From positions 50,902,001 to 50,966,000 of the forward strand of contig NC_042999.1 of assembly GCF_006345805.1 (NCBI RefSeq): a stretch of DNA of 64,000 nt. Direction: 5' to 3'. The notes beneath the pieces are model-generated. The model made no database searches. It worked only from the letters and a program-made list of their open reading frames with translations, and had not been told where the DNA came from. The number at the start of each line of letters is the position of its first letter. The stretch's first letter is position 1. Of this stretch, positions 60,566 to 64,000 are shown one piece after another. The stretch is from Octopus sinensis. Taxonomy: Eukaryota. A program made the translations under genes and the position numbers.

Positions 60566-61951
60566 GTAGGTGTGTGTGTGTGTGTGTGAGTGTGTTTGTT
60601 TGTCATTATTTTCTGTTATCAGGTAATATGGATAAGAACAGAGCAAACATCAGTGATAGGATATAAACTAATAAATCTAGAGCAGAAAGGCTAAGACATA
60701 ATCCATTCAAGTGTTGAGATTTCTCAATCAATAAGCAAACTGCTGATATCATAAATGACTGATGGATTCTAAAATAGTATTAAGTGCTCTCTCCAAGCTC
60801 TCGTTTCTAAAACACCGAGAAAGTTTCACTTTAAGAAGTTACATAATTCACATCCCAATAGGATATTGAATGTTTCTCTTTGTTCATTTTAGTTATAGAT
60901 TCGTCTGTTATCAGCAAGTTTTATTGAAATGTATTCTTTGTTTGTCTGACTGTGATATAATTGCTCCCTTGGGTTGGCTGAAAGTCAATATGGTTATCTG
61001 GTGTTAATGAAACCCATTCTGGGAATTTCACCACATGGAAAAGTAATGGAATATTTAATAACTTTGACAAGAAAATAGGTGTGAACATTACTGTCCTCTG
61101 AAACGAGTGATTTTGCTGTTAAAATGATAAAAAGGTGTCAGATGAGCTAAGCAAGCTGCTGAAAAATCACGGAATAAAATAATCGATCTATCGAGAAAGC
61201 ATTCAACATATGAGTTTAGTAATTTGAAATTCAGTGTGTACCAGCCCCAAAGGAAACTTTTGTAGTCATTGATAAAAGCTAGTCTTAATGTGAGAGGACT
61301 GAAACAAACATAATGCATCAGTGTTAAAAATCTCTTAATCTTTTTCTTATGTTCTACAAGTTAAAGCTGTAAACTTCTGCAAGTCTTCATACCTATGCTT
61401 GCTGAAGCAGTTTTTATATGTTGAGCAACATAAGATGTTTATGACAGGATTTAAGTACAAAAACTTAATGAAAACCAAATAGATGGTGAACTGGCAAGAG
61501 TCATTAGAGTGTTGGATAGATTGCCTCTTGGTATATGTATTTATACTAATCCTCTGTGTCTGATTTCAAATCCTACTGAGGCCAAATTTACCTTTATTAT
61601 TTTCTATATAATAAAGACAATGGATTAATGAAACAGTTAGAGGGTTGGGAAAGATGTCTTGTGGTGTCTGTTGCAGCTCTTTATATTTTGTCAGCAATGA
61701 TTACAATGGTGCTAGTGCCAAACTGCATCAGCCTAAGTCAGAAGACTTTTCTTTAAATAAATACCAATGGTCTGGAGTAGGGACACTTACATATGCATGG
61801 GCAACTGCCAGTCTTCTTCAAAATATCTTGCCCAGACCTGCTACATACATGTATAGATATATGATCAACCTTGACCAACAGAACTCCACTGCAATGGTGA
61901 ACACCAGTAAGAACCCATGCCAGCATGGAAAACAGACATTAAAGGATGATG

Positions 61952-62009
<58 letters not shown>

Positions 62010-62079
62010 GAGAGAGAAAGAGGGGGAGAGGGGGAGAGAGAAAGATGTATCATCATCATCATCACCATTTAGATGATAA

Positions 62080-62311
62080 AGGCAGCGAGCTGGCAGAAAC
62101 GTTAGTACGCTGGGCGAAATGCGTAGCCGTATTTCGTCTGTCGTTATGTTCTGAGTTCAAATTCCGCCGAGGTTGACTTTGCCTTTCATCCTTTCGGGGT
62201 CGATAAATAAAGTACCAGTTTCCCACTGGGGTCGATGTAATCGACTTAATCCGTTTGTCTGTTCTTGTTTGTCCCCTTTATGTTTAGCCCCTTGTGGGCA
62301 GTAAAGAAATA
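62080..62311 (+). mobile_element. Family B SINE, young (CpG-rich) copy
   Basis: GGCAGCGAGCTGGCAGAAACGTTAGTACGC...CCGCCGAGGTTGACTTTGCCTTTCATCCTTTCGGGGTCGATAAATAAAGTACCAG...AGTAAAGAAAT. Confidence 0.92.
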
Positions 62312-62637
62312 CATTTAGTGTCTGTATTCCAAGCTGGCAAGAGTTGTATACTTTGACAAGCCTGAAGACTGCATTGGTCTCTAATGTCTAGTTTGGTAAG
62401 GTTTCTAAGGATGGATGCCCTTCCTAACACTAACCACTTCACAGAGCATACTGGGTGAATTTTTCAATACATCAGCACTAATGAGGACAAAAAGTGACTC
62501 TCCTGAGGGCCAAGAACATGTGTCTTATTGTAGAGAAGATACAAGGGTACCCCAGCAGGAAAGGGAAATAGGATGGTGGGAGATCTGGTCTTGGAACTAA
62601 ACACAATACCATATGGTCAGGCAAGCAAGCTTCTTAA

Positions 62638-62850
62638 CCCTTTACCATTTAAACCACTCAAGTATTCTACCTATTTGATGTTGGAATTGGCTAGATCTGG
62701 CCTCTACCTTACAACGCCATTCTAATTCTAAAAAAGAAAAAACAATCACATCATTGAAATCTTAAAGCTAGAAGATAATGTATGATTAATTCAAAACAAT
62801 GTGAATAGATGAGCATTACATTTGACAGAAAGAATCTGATCGCTAAAGGG
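62638..62850. mobile_element. piggyBac-like MITE with TTAA target-site duplication
   Basis: TTAA|CCCTTTA ... TAAAGGG|TTAA. Confidence 0.85.
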
Positions 62851-63058
62851 TTAAACAAAACCCATCCTAATTATGAAAATGTGTGTAAAACTATAGCACT
62901 TGAAAATATTTAACAAATAGAAAATTCAAAAAGACAAATCTAATCATCTGTAAACCTCCTAACTATGCAAGTAAACAATACATTTAAACTTCTAATTACA
63001 AAAAGCCACAAAATAATTTATTAACTTTCTGTTAATGCTTCTTCAATAGAAAGGCACA

Positions 63059-63470
63059 GGAGTGACTGCATGGTAAATAGCCTGCTTACCAACCACATGG
63101 TTCTAGGTTCAGTCCCACTGCATGGCACCTTGGGCAAGTGTCTTCTACTAAAGCCTCAGGCTGACCAAAGCCTTGTGAGTGAATTTGGTAGACGGAAAGT
63201 GAAAGAAGCTTGTCATATATATGTATATGTATATATATATGTGCGTGTGTATGTGTTTATGTGTCTGTGCTTGTCCCCCTCCCCCAACATCGCTTGACAA
63301 CCGATGCTGGTGTGTTTACGTCCCCGTAACTTAGCGGTTCAGCAAAAGAGACTGATAGAATAAATACTAGGCTTACAAAAGAATAAGTCCTGGGGTCGAT
63401 TTGCTCGACTAAAGGCGGTGCTCCAGCATGGCCGCAGTCAAATGACTGAAACAAGTAAAAGAGTGAAAGA
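63059..63470 (+). mobile_element. Family A SINE, full length
   Basis: GGAGTGACTGCATGGTAAA ... GACTGAAACAAGTAAAAGAG. Confidence 0.9.
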
Positions 63471-64000
63471 GAACTTGGAACATAAAAGCACAGGTTTGTA
63501 TTGTGAACATTGAGTTTGTAAACAAACCCCAGTGACTCTCAGAAAACACAGAATCAAAGACAAAGTATCCAGTTTTTCTTGTTTTGTTTTTTTGTTTTGT
63601 TTTTTTTGTTTTGTTTTTTGATACCACAAGATAGTTGTTTTTTACTTTGATCCTGTGTGTCAAGAGTAGTTTGAATTTGTTAAATTAATCTTCTTCAGAA
63701 AAATAAATTTTTGTATTTCTTTTACTTTTACCTGTTTCAGTCATTAGATCGCAGCCATGCTGGAGCAATGCCTTGAAGGATTTCAGTCAAATGAATCAAT
63801 GCCAGTACTTATTTCTTTAAGCCTGGTACTTATTCAATTGGTTCCTTTTGCTAAACTGCTAAGTTACAAGGATATAAAAGTACCAACACAAACTGTCAAG
63901 CAATGGTGGAAAACAAACACACACACACAAACACAAACACACACACACAAACACACACACACACAAACACACACACACACGCACACACAGGTTTGACAAA

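Overview
AT-rich (AT content judged by eye), repeat-saturated animal genomic DNA, most likely an octopus. That assignment is an inference from the SINE/RTE repertoire, the microsatellite load and an 18S rRNA-derived fragment. I recognise no intact protein-coding gene. Nearly all ORFs in the track come from microsatellites or SINEs. The window reads as intronic or intergenic, with a few weak splice-signal-defined exon candidates. Contents: (1) several tRNA-derived SINE families, given working labels A (CORE-like, internal microsatellite), B (Meta-domain-like), C and D; (2) RTE LINE fragments and many RTE 3' ends; (3) a CR1-group LINE 3' fragment whose terminus matches the family A SINE tail; (4) an internally deleted mariner; (5) four non-autonomous Helitrons; (6) several MITEs; (7) a decayed 18S rRNA fragment wedged between SINE parts; (8) a ~979-bp tandem duplication and a ~25-bp minisatellite. 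Two observations stand out. First, at least four distinct Penelope-like repeat families carry minimal type-I hammerhead ribozyme motifs with palindromic stem III, and two of these families form long inverted repeats. Second, a 1.9-kb higher-order concatemer of an RTE 3' UTR is built from ~57-nt double-hairpin units, and its macro-units all share one junction, which suggests template jumping or rolling-circle copying. All coordinates were read by eye. Repeat boundaries are approximate (about +/-20 bp unless termini are quoted).
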